This document shows, piece by piece, positions 9,287 to 19,346 of a stretch of DNA of 64,000 nt. This DNA comes from an uncultured Pseudomonadota bacterium (GTDB taxonomy: Bacteria; Bdellovibrionota_B; Oligoflexia; Oligoflexales; CAIYRB01): positions 25,301 through 89,300 of the forward strand of contig CAIYRB010000194.1 in the NCBI GenBank assembly GCA_903928445.1, in the 5' to 3' direction. Every line of letters starts with the position of its first letter. Position 1 is the stretch's first letter. A program made the position numbers and the translations under genes. The notes below the pieces were generated by a model. That model made no database searches, had not been told where the DNA came from, and was given only the letters and a program-made list of their open reading frames with translations.

Positions 9287-10855
9287 ATGAGCAAACACGG
9301 TCCCACAGCGATGATCGCTGCGTATATTGATGGACAATGGCAGCAGGGAAGTACCGCTTTGCCATCTCTGAACCCGGCCGATCTACGCGACGAGGTCGGT
9401 GTTTTTGCTGACGCCAGTAAAGATCAGGTGCGTCAGGCGGCGTATGCCGCCAAGGCAGCATACAAAAGCTGGGCAGCAACGCCCGCGCCGGTGCGCGCTG
9501 GGATGATTCAGAATTTTGGCCGCCTGGTCGAAGCGAATAAAGAGGCCCTAGCAAGAGTCGTTGCTAGAGAGATCGGCAAGCCGCTGCGTGAAGCCCTGGG
9601 CTCGGTTCAAGAGGTCATTGATACCGCCAATTTTTTCGTTTCTGAGGGTCGCCGCTTATACGGTCAAACGATTCCTTCGGAGATGCCGAACAAGGAATGC
9701 TTCACTTACCGCCGACCGATCGGCGTCTTTGGCTGTATGACAGCGTGCAACTTTCCGGTCGCAGTACCAGCATGGTATTTCATTCCAGCGCTGGTCGCCG
9801 GCAATACCTGCGTTTGGAAGCCCAGCGAAGAAGCCCCCTTGACCAGTTACTTCACCACTGAACTGTGGGCCAGGGCCGGCTTGCCCAAAGGGGTATTCAA
9901 CACCGTCTTTGGGGCAGGACCAACGACTGGCGCGGCAATGGTGGAGCTCATTGACGAGGGAGTCTTTGACAAAATCGGCTTCACCGGATCGACAGAGGTA
10001 GGTCGACGTATTGGCGCCGCCTGTGGCCGAGCTTTGCAAACCCCTTGCCTCGAGCTGGGCGGGAAGAATCCAATGATCGTCTGCGCCGATGCCAACATCG
10101 ATCTCGCTGTCGATGGCGCATTGTTCTCTGGGTTTGGCACTGCAGGGCAGCGCTGCACCTCGCTAGGGAATCTCATCTTGGACGAAAAAATCCATGATCA
10201 ATTCATTGAGCGCCTCATCAAACGCACCCAGACCTTGCGCATCGGGGAGCCTTTTTCCGCCGAAAACACCTATGGTCCAATGATCAGCAAGCGCTTTCTG
10301 GACAATCACCTTGGTCATCTGAGCACCCTCATCGCCGCTCACCATGAACTGCCCTTGGGTCGCGGCGGCCACATCGGTCATGGCGTCGAATGGGCTCACT
10401 TTGATGGCGATGCCAAACACGGTTTATATGCTCGTCCAAATATCGTGCTGAACGTCCGCATGGACGATGCCATCTACTCGACTGAGACCTTTGGCCCACT
10501 CTTTAACGTCTTAAAGTCGAACGGCATCGATCAGGCCATGGAGATGGCCAATCGTCATGGATACGGTTTATCCTCGGCGATCTATACAAACGATCCGCAG
10601 ACCATCTATAAATTTAAGACGGAGATCACGGCTGGAATGTCGAGCATCAACAACTCGACGACCGGCGCCGAGGCGCACCTCCCATTCGGCGGCAACGGCA
10701 AAAGCGGCAACGGTGGCCGCCAATCGGGTATCTGGGTCCTCGATCAATTCACCAAATGGCACGCCATCAATTGGGATATGTCGGGGAAACTCCAACTGGC
10801 GCAGCTGGACACCGCCTATGTAGAACCTGACTTAAACTTTCGCATAAAGATGTAA
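9287..10855 (+). CDS. NAD(P)-dependent aldehyde dehydrogenase family protein
   Basis: Catalytic Glu motif ELGGKNP, catalytic Cys motif GQRCTS, C-terminal PFGGNGKSG. GGAG upstream of the ATG. Confidence 0.9.
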   Translation: MSKHGPTAMIAAYIDGQWQQGSTALPSLNPADLRDEVGVFADASKDQVRQAAYAAKAAYKSWAATPAPVRAGMIQNFGRLVEANKEALARVVAREIGKPLREALGSVQEVIDTANFFVSEGRRLYGQTIPSEMPNKECFTYRRPIGVFGCMTACNFPVAVPAWYFIPALVAGNTCVWKPSEEAPLTSYFTTELWARAGLPKGVFNTVFGAGPTTGAAMVELIDEGVFDKIGFTGSTEVGRRIGAACGRALQTPCLELGGKNPMIVCADANIDLAVDGALFSGFGTAGQRCTSLGNLILDEKIHDQFIERLIKRTQTLRIGEPFSAENTYGPMISKRFLDNHLGHLSTLIAAHHELPLGRGGHIGHGVEWAHFDGDAKHGLYARPNIVLNVRMDDAIYSTETFGPLFNVLKSNGIDQAMEMANRHGYGLSSAIYTNDPQTIYKFKTEITAGMSSINNSTTGAEAHLPFGGNGKSGNGGRQSGIWVLDQFTKWHAINWDMSGKLQLAQLDTAYVEPDLNFRIKM

Positions 10856-10948
10856 CTATATATTATTATTGTATCTTCTCAGATATTCCAGGCCATCCTT
10901 TAAGCCCGACCCGGCTTCTGCCGACGACCTATCTGGAACCGAAAGTCC

Positions 10949-12139
10949 ATGATCCCAGTCGTCGGAGCCGGCGTGCGCACGCTTGTAATGTCCCTTTTTT
11001 GGTCGTTCCTCTTGTTTGGAGGTATGGCGGCCTATTCTGAGCTGATTGCCAACAGCCGGTTTCTCGCACGTTCCGATGAGGTCTTGCGGCGAGCCGCTCG
11101 CTTAGAGCCCAGGGTCGAACCTTTAGTGGCCGAGCGGCTACAGGCCGAGGCGCGCCGCCGCGCGGCGCTGTACGAAGAGGAGATCGAACGCACTCACCTA
11201 GTCGATGGCATGGTCGTGAACTTAAGCGCCAAGGGCCATATGATGGACCAATGCGATAGCCTCCTATTCTCCTCGCTACGTTACGTGAGCTTGGTAAAGC
11301 TCGACCTTAAGACGCAGGCCAATAGCGCTTGGCAGGCCATCGAGCAATCACAAACAGATGGTCGCTGGCTACGCCACCCGCGCTGCTCGCGTAGTACATC
11401 ACGCGACATGATCCTAGGTGTCCTCATTGCTATGTCGCAAGCGCCAGAAGGGTTTGGTGAGCACCTTTCCACCCTGATGCGGTTAGTGGACAACAACGAC
11501 GGCTTTTTTGGCTCTGGCCCAATCTACGTCAGCTACCTATCTCCAGGCTTAGCCCGCTTTGTCGCGCTTTTGGCCGAGCGCCAAGGCTACCCGACGACCA
11601 AGCTGCCAGAAATCATCCGCGCCGGCTACTCGACAGCCGAACTAGAGGTTTTGGTAACCCAACGTGGGTTTGAGTCGCACTTGGGCGCCCTAACAGCATG
11701 GCTTGAGCTAGAACTCACGGCCAAGGTGCCTTTGGATCTGAGCGCATCGGGCACGATTTCAGAATTAGTTGACCGCATAGTCTCACCCTTTGCCGCTGAT
11801 TCCCTGAACAGCCAGCGCCTTGGCTGGATCACCGACCGACTAATTGCGGCCGATCCATCGAACCTGTTCTTTCGCTACCTCAGGCTTCGGGCGGCAGGCG
11901 CTTTGACAGTGACGGCTCGTATGCACATGCTTAATGAACTGCTAAACATGCCGCACTTTCCGTCCGACCGCCTGCCGATGAACTGCGACCGCTCGGCCGA
12001 CTACCTTTGGCAACGAGAAAATCGTGGCAAAAATCAACAGCCCTTAGGCTGCAATGAGGAATACAATGGCACCGATTTTCTCTGGATGGCGGCACTACTA
12101 CTGGAGAACCTGCCAGACGCTGGCTTGACCAACCACTAA
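10949..12139 (+). CDS. Hypothetical protein with N-terminal membrane anchor
   Basis: N-terminal hydrophobic helix (LVMSLFWSFLLFGGMAAY) and a largely helical remainder. No confident domain. Confidence 0.6.
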   Translation: MIPVVGAGVRTLVMSLFWSFLLFGGMAAYSELIANSRFLARSDEVLRRAARLEPRVEPLVAERLQAEARRRAALYEEEIERTHLVDGMVVNLSAKGHMMDQCDSLLFSSLRYVSLVKLDLKTQANSAWQAIEQSQTDGRWLRHPRCSRSTSRDMILGVLIAMSQAPEGFGEHLSTLMRLVDNNDGFFGSGPIYVSYLSPGLARFVALLAERQGYPTTKLPEIIRAGYSTAELEVLVTQRGFESHLGALTAWLELELTAKVPLDLSASGTISELVDRIVSPFAADSLNSQRLGWITDRLIAADPSNLFFRYLRLRAAGALTVTARMHMLNELLNMPHFPSDRLPMNCDRSADYLWQRENRGKNQQPLGCNEEYNGTDFLWMAALLLENLPDAGLTNH

Positions 12140-12182
12140 GTGGCATACTCTGGCTAAACGATACGCCGCTGGAGGGTGCACT

Positions 12183-12887
12183 ATGCCTGTATCGACTAGG
12201 ACCAAAAGCCTCATGCGCCTCGCCGCTGGCGTTTTGATACTTGGACTTCTAATCATCAGCGCCAAGAACCTAACCATTCCCAGCTGCGGCGACATTCAAC
12301 TCCACCTCGAACGGTGGGGGTTATGGGCGCCCGTCGTTTTCGTACTAGCCTACGTGATCGCAACCATTGCATTTATTCCTGGCCTCGTGATTACCTTGGT
12401 CGGCGGCCTGGCGTTTGGACCTTGGCTTGGTACACTGCTCGTACTTATTGGCGCCAATATTGGGGCGCTACTGGCCTTTCTGGCATCGCGTTTTTTTGCC
12501 AGGGAGACCATCGAGGGCCTGCTGAGCAAACAAGCTTGGTTTGCCAAATTTAAAGCCGCGATGACCAGCGACGGTCTAAATTATGTTTTATTTATACGAC
12601 TAGTACCGATCTTTCCATTTAATGGTCTAAATTATGCTTGCGGCCTGGTCCCACTTAGGGTGAGAGACTATGTCATCGGATCCTTGATAGGTATGCTACC
12701 TGGAACATTTGCCTATGTTTACCTGGGTGCCGCTGGATGTAAATTGATCGATGCCGCACTCGGTGGTGCTCTACATCTTGGGGACTTACCGCCTGAGGTA
12801 AGAAATAAGCTTTTGATTGCCATCCTGTTGCTGGCTGTCTTGTCGCTGCTACCGTTAGTCATTAAGAAGCTTCGCGCCAAAGGTTAA
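12183..12887 (+). CDS. TVP38/TMEM64 (DedA-superfamily) membrane protein
   Basis: FIPGLVITLVGGLAFGPWLGTLLVLIGANIGALLAFLASRFFARE is typical of the family, with multiple TM segments. Confidence 0.8.
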   Translation: MPVSTRTKSLMRLAAGVLILGLLIISAKNLTIPSCGDIQLHLERWGLWAPVVFVLAYVIATIAFIPGLVITLVGGLAFGPWLGTLLVLIGANIGALLAFLASRFFARETIEGLLSKQAWFAKFKAAMTSDGLNYVLFIRLVPIFPFNGLNYACGLVPLRVRDYVIGSLIGMLPGTFAYVYLGAAGCKLIDAALGGALHLGDLPPEVRNKLLIAILLLAVLSLLPLVIKKLRAKG

Positions 12888-12907
12888 ATCAAGGGAGGGA
12901 AGGGCAT

Positions 12908-13786
12908 ATGATGACCATCACATCCTTGGACCTTGCCTTTGTCGAGCAAGCGGCCAAAATGCTCGAACATTCTAGTTTTCTTATGCGCGTCAGTACCTTT
13001 CTCGGACGACCCATCGAAGCGGCAACCGAGCGTTTACCGGACAAGGCCCGCAGCCTGATTACGCAGTCGGTGGATAGAGCGCTGAAGGGCTCGCTGCGTA
13101 TGGCGGTATCAACGCTAGAAGGTGGCAATCAGGAGTCTGTCGCGACTGCGAGTCAAAGCACGCCTACTGCCAAGAAATGGGTGCACACGGCTGCCGCAAT
13201 GAGCCTTGGCGCCATCAGCGGCGCCGCAGGTGGATGGTCTTTGGTGCTGGAATTACCTGTCACCACCACGGTGATGATGCGGTCGATGGCGGCCATGGCA
13301 CAGGCCGCCAATTTTAATCCGCGTGATCCTGAAATCGCCCTAGAAATTTTGTCGGTTTTTGCCTACGGCAGCCCAATGGTCAAACGCGGCGTGAATATCC
13401 CAGCAGAATCGACATTCTTCGCCGACCGCGCCGCACTGAAGATGCTAATCAAAGAGAGTGCTAGCTACGTCGCCGGGAAAACCGTTCGACAAGTGCTAAC
13501 CTCTCTCGACGTCGGTGGCGCTCCGAGGCTGGTTGAATTTATGAGCATCCTGTCTCGACGCCTGAACTTTGTTGTCAGTGAAAAGTTCTTAGCGCAGGGA
13601 CTACCGATCATCGGAGCGGCCGGGGGGGCCATGCTCAATGGACTGTTCAACGACTACTATAGCAATGTTGCATACTACGTCTTTGGCCTCCGCCGCCTAG
13701 AGCTGCTCTACGGCCCGGAGGCCATACGTCAGGCCTATGAAGATGCTGCGGCACGCTTAAAAATAGACTCTAACCCGATCGCCTAG
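12908..13786 (+). CDS. EcsC-family protein (tentative)
   Basis: The N-terminal pattern [33 protein letters not shown] and glycine-rich hydrophobic segments resemble EcsC-family proteins as I recall them. Strong RBS GGGAGGGAAGGG. Confidence 0.55.
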   Translation: MMTITSLDLAFVEQAAKMLEHSSFLMRVSTFLGRPIEAATERLPDKARSLITQSVDRALKGSLRMAVSTLEGGNQESVATASQSTPTAKKWVHTAAAMSLGAISGAAGGWSLVLELPVTTTVMMRSMAAMAQAANFNPRDPEIALEILSVFAYGSPMVKRGVNIPAESTFFADRAALKMLIKESASYVAGKTVRQVLTSLDVGGAPRLVEFMSILSRRLNFVVSEKFLAQGLPIIGAAGGAMLNGLFNDYYSNVAYYVFGLRRLELLYGPEAIRQAYEDAAARLKIDSNPIA

Positions 13787-14325
13787 ACCTTACCGCCGTT
13801 TGGAAAGGTCCTTTTATACAGCTCGATAGACTCGTTGATGATCTCAAACGCACGATCTCGGTCGAAGAAGTCCTCGACCACCACCGCCTTCTGCTCGAGC
13901 ACTTTATAGTCCTCAAAGAAGCGCCGAACTTCTTTGAGGCGATGCGGCGGCAACTGCTTAATCGACTCGTAGTGATTGTACTCAGGATCATGTGCGTGCA
14001 CGGCGATGACTTTATCGTCCTCTTCCCCTTGATCAATCATCTTCATGACCCCGATGGGTTTCACCATCATAATCGACAGGGGGAAGATTGGCTCTTGCCC
14101 AAGGACTAAAACGTCCAAGGGATCGTGATCACCACAATAAGTCCGAGGGATAAATCCATAGTTGGCCGGGTAAACCACCGAGCTAAAAAGGATCCTGTCG
14201 ACATTGATAAGGCCGCTCTTTTTATCCAGCTCGTATTTAACTTTAGACCCTTTAGGCACTTCGATGACCACTGGGATCACATGTGGAAATTTATCGCCAA
14301 GGTCGACGTCATGCCATGGGTGCAT
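13783..14325 (-). CDS. ppa: Inorganic pyrophosphatase (family I)
   Basis: [44 protein letters not shown]. Confidence 0.95.
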   Translation of the reverse strand: MHPWHDVDLGDKFPHVIPVVIEVPKGSKVKYELDKKSGLINVDRILFSSVVYPANYGFIPRTYCGDHDPLDVLVLGQEPIFPLSIMMVKPIGVMKMIDQGEEDDKVIAVHAHDPEYNHYESIKQLPPHRLKEVRRFFEDYKVLEQKAVVVEDFFDRDRAFEIINESIELYKRTFPNGGKV

Positions 14326-14563
14326 TGGACTGCTCCTACTGTATTTATCAGTTATTGCTATGAAATTTTACTTTCGAGTGCATTTTGACCGGTATCCAGG
14401 GTGCCCAAATTAAGCGCTACAGCAGTCCTGGTCAACTCGATACCGGTCATTTAGCTGGGACCGAGCGCATAAAGGCCCGCTTGTAGGCAAAATGCTGGCT
14501 TTCGCCCCGGCCGTCCACTAATGTCCGGATCCAGCGTCACGTTGCATCTTAGGAGTCCTAAAT

Positions 14564-15541
14564 ATGGCCATCCATCCGAGTTTCTTCTCTTTAGTTATGG
14601 GCTTAGCCCTCGGCGCGACAGGCCCCGCAGCGGCAAAAAGCTACAAGCAAGGCCAGGACCAGTTCACGGTCGACTACACCTATACCGTTCCCCCCTTGGC
14701 GAAGGGCGATCAAGTAGAAGTCTGGCTACCACTTGCCAGCACCGATGCCTTTCAAACCGTGGGCGCCACGACCACCGCCCCTGGACTCGCGGTCGAATCG
14801 ACCGTCAACGCCAAATCTGGCAACCATTTCCTGCACGCTAAAGCCGATGCATCTGCAGCTGGAAAAAGCATCACCGTCGCCTACACCGTAACTCGGCGGG
14901 AAAAGGCGACCTACCCTGCTGCTGCTGAAGTCAATGACCCAGCCTACCTGCGCTCCGAACCGCTCATGCCGTTGAATGACCGTTTCAAAAAGCTCGCTCT
15001 TGAGATTACCCAAGGCAAAACATCGGCCGAAGAAAAAGGCCAGGCGATCTACAATTATGTACTCAAAGAAATGCGCTACGACAAATCCGGCAGCGGTTGG
15101 GGGCGCGGCGACGCGGTTTACGCTTGCGACTCGAAAACGGGCAATTGCACTGACTTCCACGCCCTATTCATCGTTCTCGCACGTTCGGTCGGCATTCCAG
15201 CCCGATTTGCCATCGGCTTTACCATCCCCAGCCAGGCCGACGTTGGGCCTATCGAGGGATATCACTGCTGGGCCGAGTTCGCCGCCAACGGTTCGTGGAT
15301 TCCTGTGGATATCTCCGAAGCGTCGAAGGACCCTACGACTAAGGACTATTACTTTGGCCATCACCCAGCAAATCGCTTCCAGCTCACAAAAGGCCAGCAA
15401 ATCGAACTAGTGCCAGCCTCAAGCCAAGGCCCCTTGACCTTTTTAGTGCACCCCTATGTTGAGATCAATGGCAAGGCGGTCAAAGGCGCCAAAGGGACCT
15501 ACGCTTTTAAACGACTGGCGGCACCTCAATCGAAGACCTAG
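14564..15541 (+). CDS. Secreted transglutaminase-like (cysteine protease fold) protein
   Basis: Signal peptide (MGLALGATGPAAA). Cys-His-Asp triad context: TGNCTDFHALF, GYHCWAEF, PVDISEA. Confidence 0.8.
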   Translation: MAIHPSFFSLVMGLALGATGPAAAKSYKQGQDQFTVDYTYTVPPLAKGDQVEVWLPLASTDAFQTVGATTTAPGLAVESTVNAKSGNHFLHAKADASAAGKSITVAYTVTRREKATYPAAAEVNDPAYLRSEPLMPLNDRFKKLALEITQGKTSAEEKGQAIYNYVLKEMRYDKSGSGWGRGDAVYACDSKTGNCTDFHALFIVLARSVGIPARFAIGFTIPSQADVGPIEGYHCWAEFAANGSWIPVDISEASKDPTTKDYYFGHHPANRFQLTKGQQIELVPASSQGPLTFLVHPYVEINGKAVKGAKGTYAFKRLAAPQSKT

Positions 15542-15549
15542 TACCAAAA

Positions 15550-16641
15550 GTGACCGAGCGCCTGTCTAGCACAGAGGTGATTGATGTCCTGTGCCGGTTG
15601 GGCCCACGACCGGCGTTGATCGATGTACGCTCGGAACTTGAGTTCGCGAAGGCAGCGGTGCCAGGTTTTGTTAATTTACCGATCCTCTTTCAGGCAGAAC
15701 GCCACGAAGTCGGCATTGCCTACAAACATGAAGGCCAAAAGGCCGCGATTGATCGCGGCACGGAGCTGGTGCTACCGGATCAAGGGCGACGAATCGAACT
15801 CTGGCGCCAGGAGATTGCCCGAGCTCCAGTGGCCGAAGCCATAGTTACTTGCTGGCGCGGCGGATTGCGTTCGGAGATCGCCTGCACATGGTTGCGAGCA
15901 GCGGGTCAGCAAGTCTACCAGGTTGAGGGAGGCTACAAAGGACTGCGCCACGTCCTGCTTGAGGTCACATCTTGCCCCCCACCCTTGGTGGTCATTACCG
16001 GTCTCACAGGCTCTGGGAAGACCCAGCTGTTGCAATCCCTAGGCGGAGGTGCGATTGATTTGGAGAAGGCCGCACGGCATCGCGGCAGTGCCTTCGGCGG
16101 CTGGATCAACCATTCGCAGCCGGCACAGGCGACCTTTGAAAACACCGTGGGCCTAGAGATGATTCGTCAAAATCGACAATTCGATGCGCTGATGTGCGAA
16201 GACGAAAGCCGGATGATCGGTGCAGTTTCACTGCCCGATTCATTCTTTGCCATGATGAGCAAGGCGCCTCGGGTCATCATTGACGAGCCACTTGCAGTTA
16301 GGACGGAACGTATTTTCCGCGACTACCTGGAGTACCCAGCGCATCAGGGAATCACTGCTGAGCAGATACGACAAAAAGCGGTCGAAGCACTCGATGCAGT
16401 GACTAGGCGACTAAGCAGCGACGCAGCGATGATCCGCACAATCATGTTGGAAGCCTTTGCCAAGGGGCTGAACTACTGCGACCACGAGCCATGGCTCGCC
16501 GCGATTCTGACCAGATACTATGATCGAGGCTATCACTACGCTGCAAGGCACACGAAAGACCTTCCGGTCCTGTTTCAAGGCGACCTCGCTAGCTGCACCG
16601 ACTGGTGCAAAGACTACGTAAAGAACCACAGAATCTCATGA
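15550..16641 (+). CDS. selU: tRNA 2-selenouridine synthase
   Basis: Rhodanese domain with active-site CWRGGLRS and P-loop GLTGSGKT. The N-terminal half aligns by eye with E. coli SelU (YbbB/MnmH). GTG start 8 nt after the upstream gene. Confidence 0.88.
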   Translation: MTERLSSTEVIDVLCRLGPRPALIDVRSELEFAKAAVPGFVNLPILFQAERHEVGIAYKHEGQKAAIDRGTELVLPDQGRRIELWRQEIARAPVAEAIVTCWRGGLRSEIACTWLRAAGQQVYQVEGGYKGLRHVLLEVTSCPPPLVVITGLTGSGKTQLLQSLGGGAIDLEKAARHRGSAFGGWINHSQPAQATFENTVGLEMIRQNRQFDALMCEDESRMIGAVSLPDSFFAMMSKAPRVIIDEPLAVRTERIFRDYLEYPAHQGITAEQIRQKAVEALDAVTRRLSSDAAMIRTIMLEAFAKGLNYCDHEPWLAAILTRYYDRGYHYAARHTKDLPVLFQGDLASCTDWCKDYVKNHRIS

Positions 16642-18866
16642 CAAACTCGCTGCAGACATTCAAACAGCGGATCGTTTTGGTCGGTGGGGGACATGCTCAC
16701 GCCGTCGCGCTACGGATGTTTGCCATGGCGCCGCTTCGCGGGGCAGACATCGTCCTCATTTCGGAGACTAGCCGCAGCGCCTACTCGGGGATGCTCCCTG
16801 GATTTGTCGAGGGGCGCCACTCGGAAGGCGAGATCTATATCGACCTCCGCCGCCTGGCTCTTGCCAGTGGCGCGAAATTCATCCAGGCCAAAGCCAACGG
16901 ACTCAATCTGGATACCAAACAGATCCATTTCGAGGACCACCCGGCACTCGCCTACGACGTACTCTCCCTCAACGTCGGCAGCACACCAGCGCTTGACGGT
17001 GTACCGGGTGCAGCGACCTGGGCCGTACCGGTTAAACCCATTGCGCCCTTTCTTGAACACTGGACCCAGCTAGTCGGGCGCGTCGCCGCAGGCGCTGTAG
17101 GGGAACGCATCCTCATTGTGGGCGGAGGAGCGGGAGGGGTTGAACTGGCATTGGCGATGCACGCTCGTCTGCAAGGTCGGGCCATCATTACGTTGGTTCA
17201 GGCTAGTGAACACCTGCTACCGACACAGGCTAAAAGCGCAGGAGCCACCCTCAAACGCCGCCTGCAAGCGCGCGGCATAGACCTCCGCCTTGGTTGGGAA
17301 ATCACCAGGGTCGAGCCGGGCCAAGCGTTTACCTCGGTCGGACCTACTTTAGCCTTTACCGCACTCTATTGGGTCACGAATGCAGCTGCACCGACTTGGC
17401 TCAAAGACACAGGACTGCAGCTCAATGCACGTGGCTTTATTCGGGTTGGACCAAGCCTTGAATGCCTAGGTCGCACCGGCGTCTTTGCCGCCGGTGACTG
17501 CGCAGCATTCGACACGGCAGCGTTGCCAAAGGCAGGAGTATTCGCAGTTCGTCAAGGACGTCCTTTGACACGAAACCTCAGGCGACTACTCGAAGGTAAA
17601 CCGCTGCTACCAAGCTCACCGCACCATGGCTACCTCGCAATCATTGGTACGGCAGACGGGAGCGCCGTCGCGACTAGAGGCCAATGGAGTCTGTCTGGCA
17701 GATGGATCCGAGGAGTTAAAGACTACATCGATCGTCGTTTCATCGACAGGTTTACCGCACTTCCAGTGTCACGGCCGCTGTCCATGGCAGCGGTCCCACC
17801 ACCTCCAACGCCAGCGATGCGGTGTCATGGTTGCGGCGCAAAGGTAAGCGGTGCGGTGCTTAGCCAGGTACTTGGCCAGATCGAACGGGATTATCCTGCA
17901 ACCGTGAGCGACAAAACTTTGACTTGGGGTCTTTCTGCCCGAGAAGACACTAGCTCATTCACGGTCCCAGCAAGCGCGCAGTTGCTCCAGTCTATCGACT
18001 ACTTTCCGGCGCTGGTGGATGATCCCTTCCTCGCCGGTCGTTTAGCTTGTATCCACGCCTTTAGCGATATCCTTGCTAAAGGCGCAAGGCCACACAGTGC
18101 TCACGTACTGGCTGTCTTGGAACAATCAACGCCACGGCTAACGGCCAATATCCTCTATCAAACCTTAGCAGGAATCGCCACCGAGCTTATTCGCTTCAAG
18201 GCACAGCTCTTAGGAGGGCACACCGCTGAAGGCTTGCAAGCATCCATCGGCCTGATGGTGAATGGCGTCGCGAAGTCACCCCCAATTCCCAAGACTGCCG
18301 GCCGACCCGGAGACGCCCTGGTCCTGACAAAGCCGCTAGGCACAGGCCTCATCTTCGCCGCTGCAACGCAAGGACGTTGCCCTAGTCCCCTGGTCGATGT
18401 GGCTCTGGCGAGTATGATGCAAACGCAATCCGAGCTACTGCCGCTGCTTGGCCACGCTGCAATTCATAGCGCTACGGACATCACGGGATTTGGCCTACTA
18501 GGACACCTGTGCGAAATGTTGCGCGATGAAGCCGTTGCCGCTGTCCTCACAGCAAGTGCTATACCCTGCTTGCCGGGGAGCCGGGCATTCGCTTTGGCCG
18601 GCATCGCCAGCAGTTTGTTTGCCGAAAATAGCCGCGTCCTCGATGCTGTGGAGTGGCCAAAGGACATGGATATGCGGCTAGCCGCATTGTGGTGCGACCC
18701 GCAAACTTGCGGCGGACTATTGCTCAGCGTCGACCCTACCCATGCAGCTAGCTTAGTGGCCAACATGGCCGCCCTCGGCTACCAAGGAGCCACGGTTATC
18801 GGCCATCTGAAACGGCGCGACACGGCTTCCGCCAAAATCACCTGGACAGATGCCGTCAACCACTAG
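16638..18866 (+). CDS. selD: Fusion protein: FAD/NAD(P)-dependent pyridine nucleotide-disulfide oxidoreductase (N-terminal) :: selenide, water dikinase SelD (C-terminal)
   Basis: The N-terminus has the Rossmann motif IVLVGGGHAHA and a second motif ILIVGGGAGGVELA. The C-terminal half starts at MRCHGCGAKVSGAVLSQVL, the SelD Gly-rich loop with Cys and Lys in the E. coli Cys17/Lys20 positions, and continues as a PurM-like fold. The start at ATG 16638 forms an ATGA overlap with selU. Confidence 0.88.
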   Translation: MTNSLQTFKQRIVLVGGGHAHAVALRMFAMAPLRGADIVLISETSRSAYSGMLPGFVEGRHSEGEIYIDLRRLALASGAKFIQAKANGLNLDTKQIHFEDHPALAYDVLSLNVGSTPALDGVPGAATWAVPVKPIAPFLEHWTQLVGRVAAGAVGERILIVGGGAGGVELALAMHARLQGRAIITLVQASEHLLPTQAKSAGATLKRRLQARGIDLRLGWEITRVEPGQAFTSVGPTLAFTALYWVTNAAAPTWLKDTGLQLNARGFIRVGPSLECLGRTGVFAAGDCAAFDTAALPKAGVFAVRQGRPLTRNLRRLLEGKPLLPSSPHHGYLAIIGTADGSAVATRGQWSLSGRWIRGVKDYIDRRFIDRFTALPVSRPLSMAAVPPPPTPAMRCHGCGAKVSGAVLSQVLGQIERDYPATVSDKTLTWGLSAREDTSSFTVPASAQLLQSIDYFPALVDDPFLAGRLACIHAFSDILAKGARPHSAHVLAVLEQSTPRLTANILYQTLAGIATELIRFKAQLLGGHTAEGLQASIGLMVNGVAKSPPIPKTAGRPGDALVLTKPLGTGLIFAAATQGRCPSPLVDVALASMMQTQSELLPLLGHAAIHSATDITGFGLLGHLCEMLRDEAVAAVLTASAIPCLPGSRAFALAGIASSLFAENSRVLDAVEWPKDMDMRLAALWCDPQTCGGLLLSVDPTHAASLVANMAALGYQGATVIGHLKRRDTASAKITWTDAVNH

Positions 18867-19301
18867 ACGCCACCCGCGGCCGCTGGCATCAGCTTGGCCA
18901 AATCAGGCAAAAATTCGATCTTTAAGCGCGTTATTACCTGCCACTACCGGTCCGAGTCGCCGCAAACCGCAATACTGCACGACGCGCCAGGCCTAAACTT
19001 TATCTCGATCTTACCGCTCCCCATATGGCCAACGACTCGGCCCAGGAGGAGTACTGTGGATTCGCGCCAAACTTTTTTCCGAACATGCTTTGTGCTGGGA
19101 CTCCCGGCATGGCTGCAAGTACCTTAGGGATCGCCATCAAAGAGGCGCCTATCCGCGCCAACACACCAGAACTTTTGGCATTACAAAGCGAGGACTTCGA
19201 CGAGTCGAATCAACCACAAAAGACGGCGAATGCCTTGGCCATCTTGGGCGCTGTATGCGTGCAAAAAGGTGCATGAGCTCAGTTGGCTTTTATAATTAGT
19301 C

Positions 19302-19319
19302 GCCGGGGTCAGCCCCGGC
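19302..19319. terminator. GC-rich stem-loop between convergent genes
   Basis: GCCGGGG-tcag-CCCCGGC forms a perfect 7-bp stem, 28 nt downstream of the glycosyltransferase stop on the minus strand. The flanks are AT-rich (ttttataatt) but there is no clean U-tract. Confidence 0.35.
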
Positions 19320-19346
19320 AACCGTCCAGCCTCGAGGCAACCTAGG

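Noticed and set aside
12573-12636. A 13-bp direct repeat GGTCTAAATTATG occurring twice, 51 nt apart.
   Set aside because: It lies in-frame inside the TVP38/DedA gene and encodes a duplicated GLNY peptide motif. This is an internal protein repeat, not a regulatory or mobile-element repeat.
19025-19276. The 83-aa Cys-containing ORF next to the glycosyltransferase as a possible glycosylated RiPP precursor.
   Set aside because: There is no Shine-Dalgarno sequence, no leader/core architecture I can recognise, and no protease or transporter gene nearby. The GT is GT1-type rather than the GT2 type known for glycocins. The interval is kept only as part of the unassigned-gap finding.
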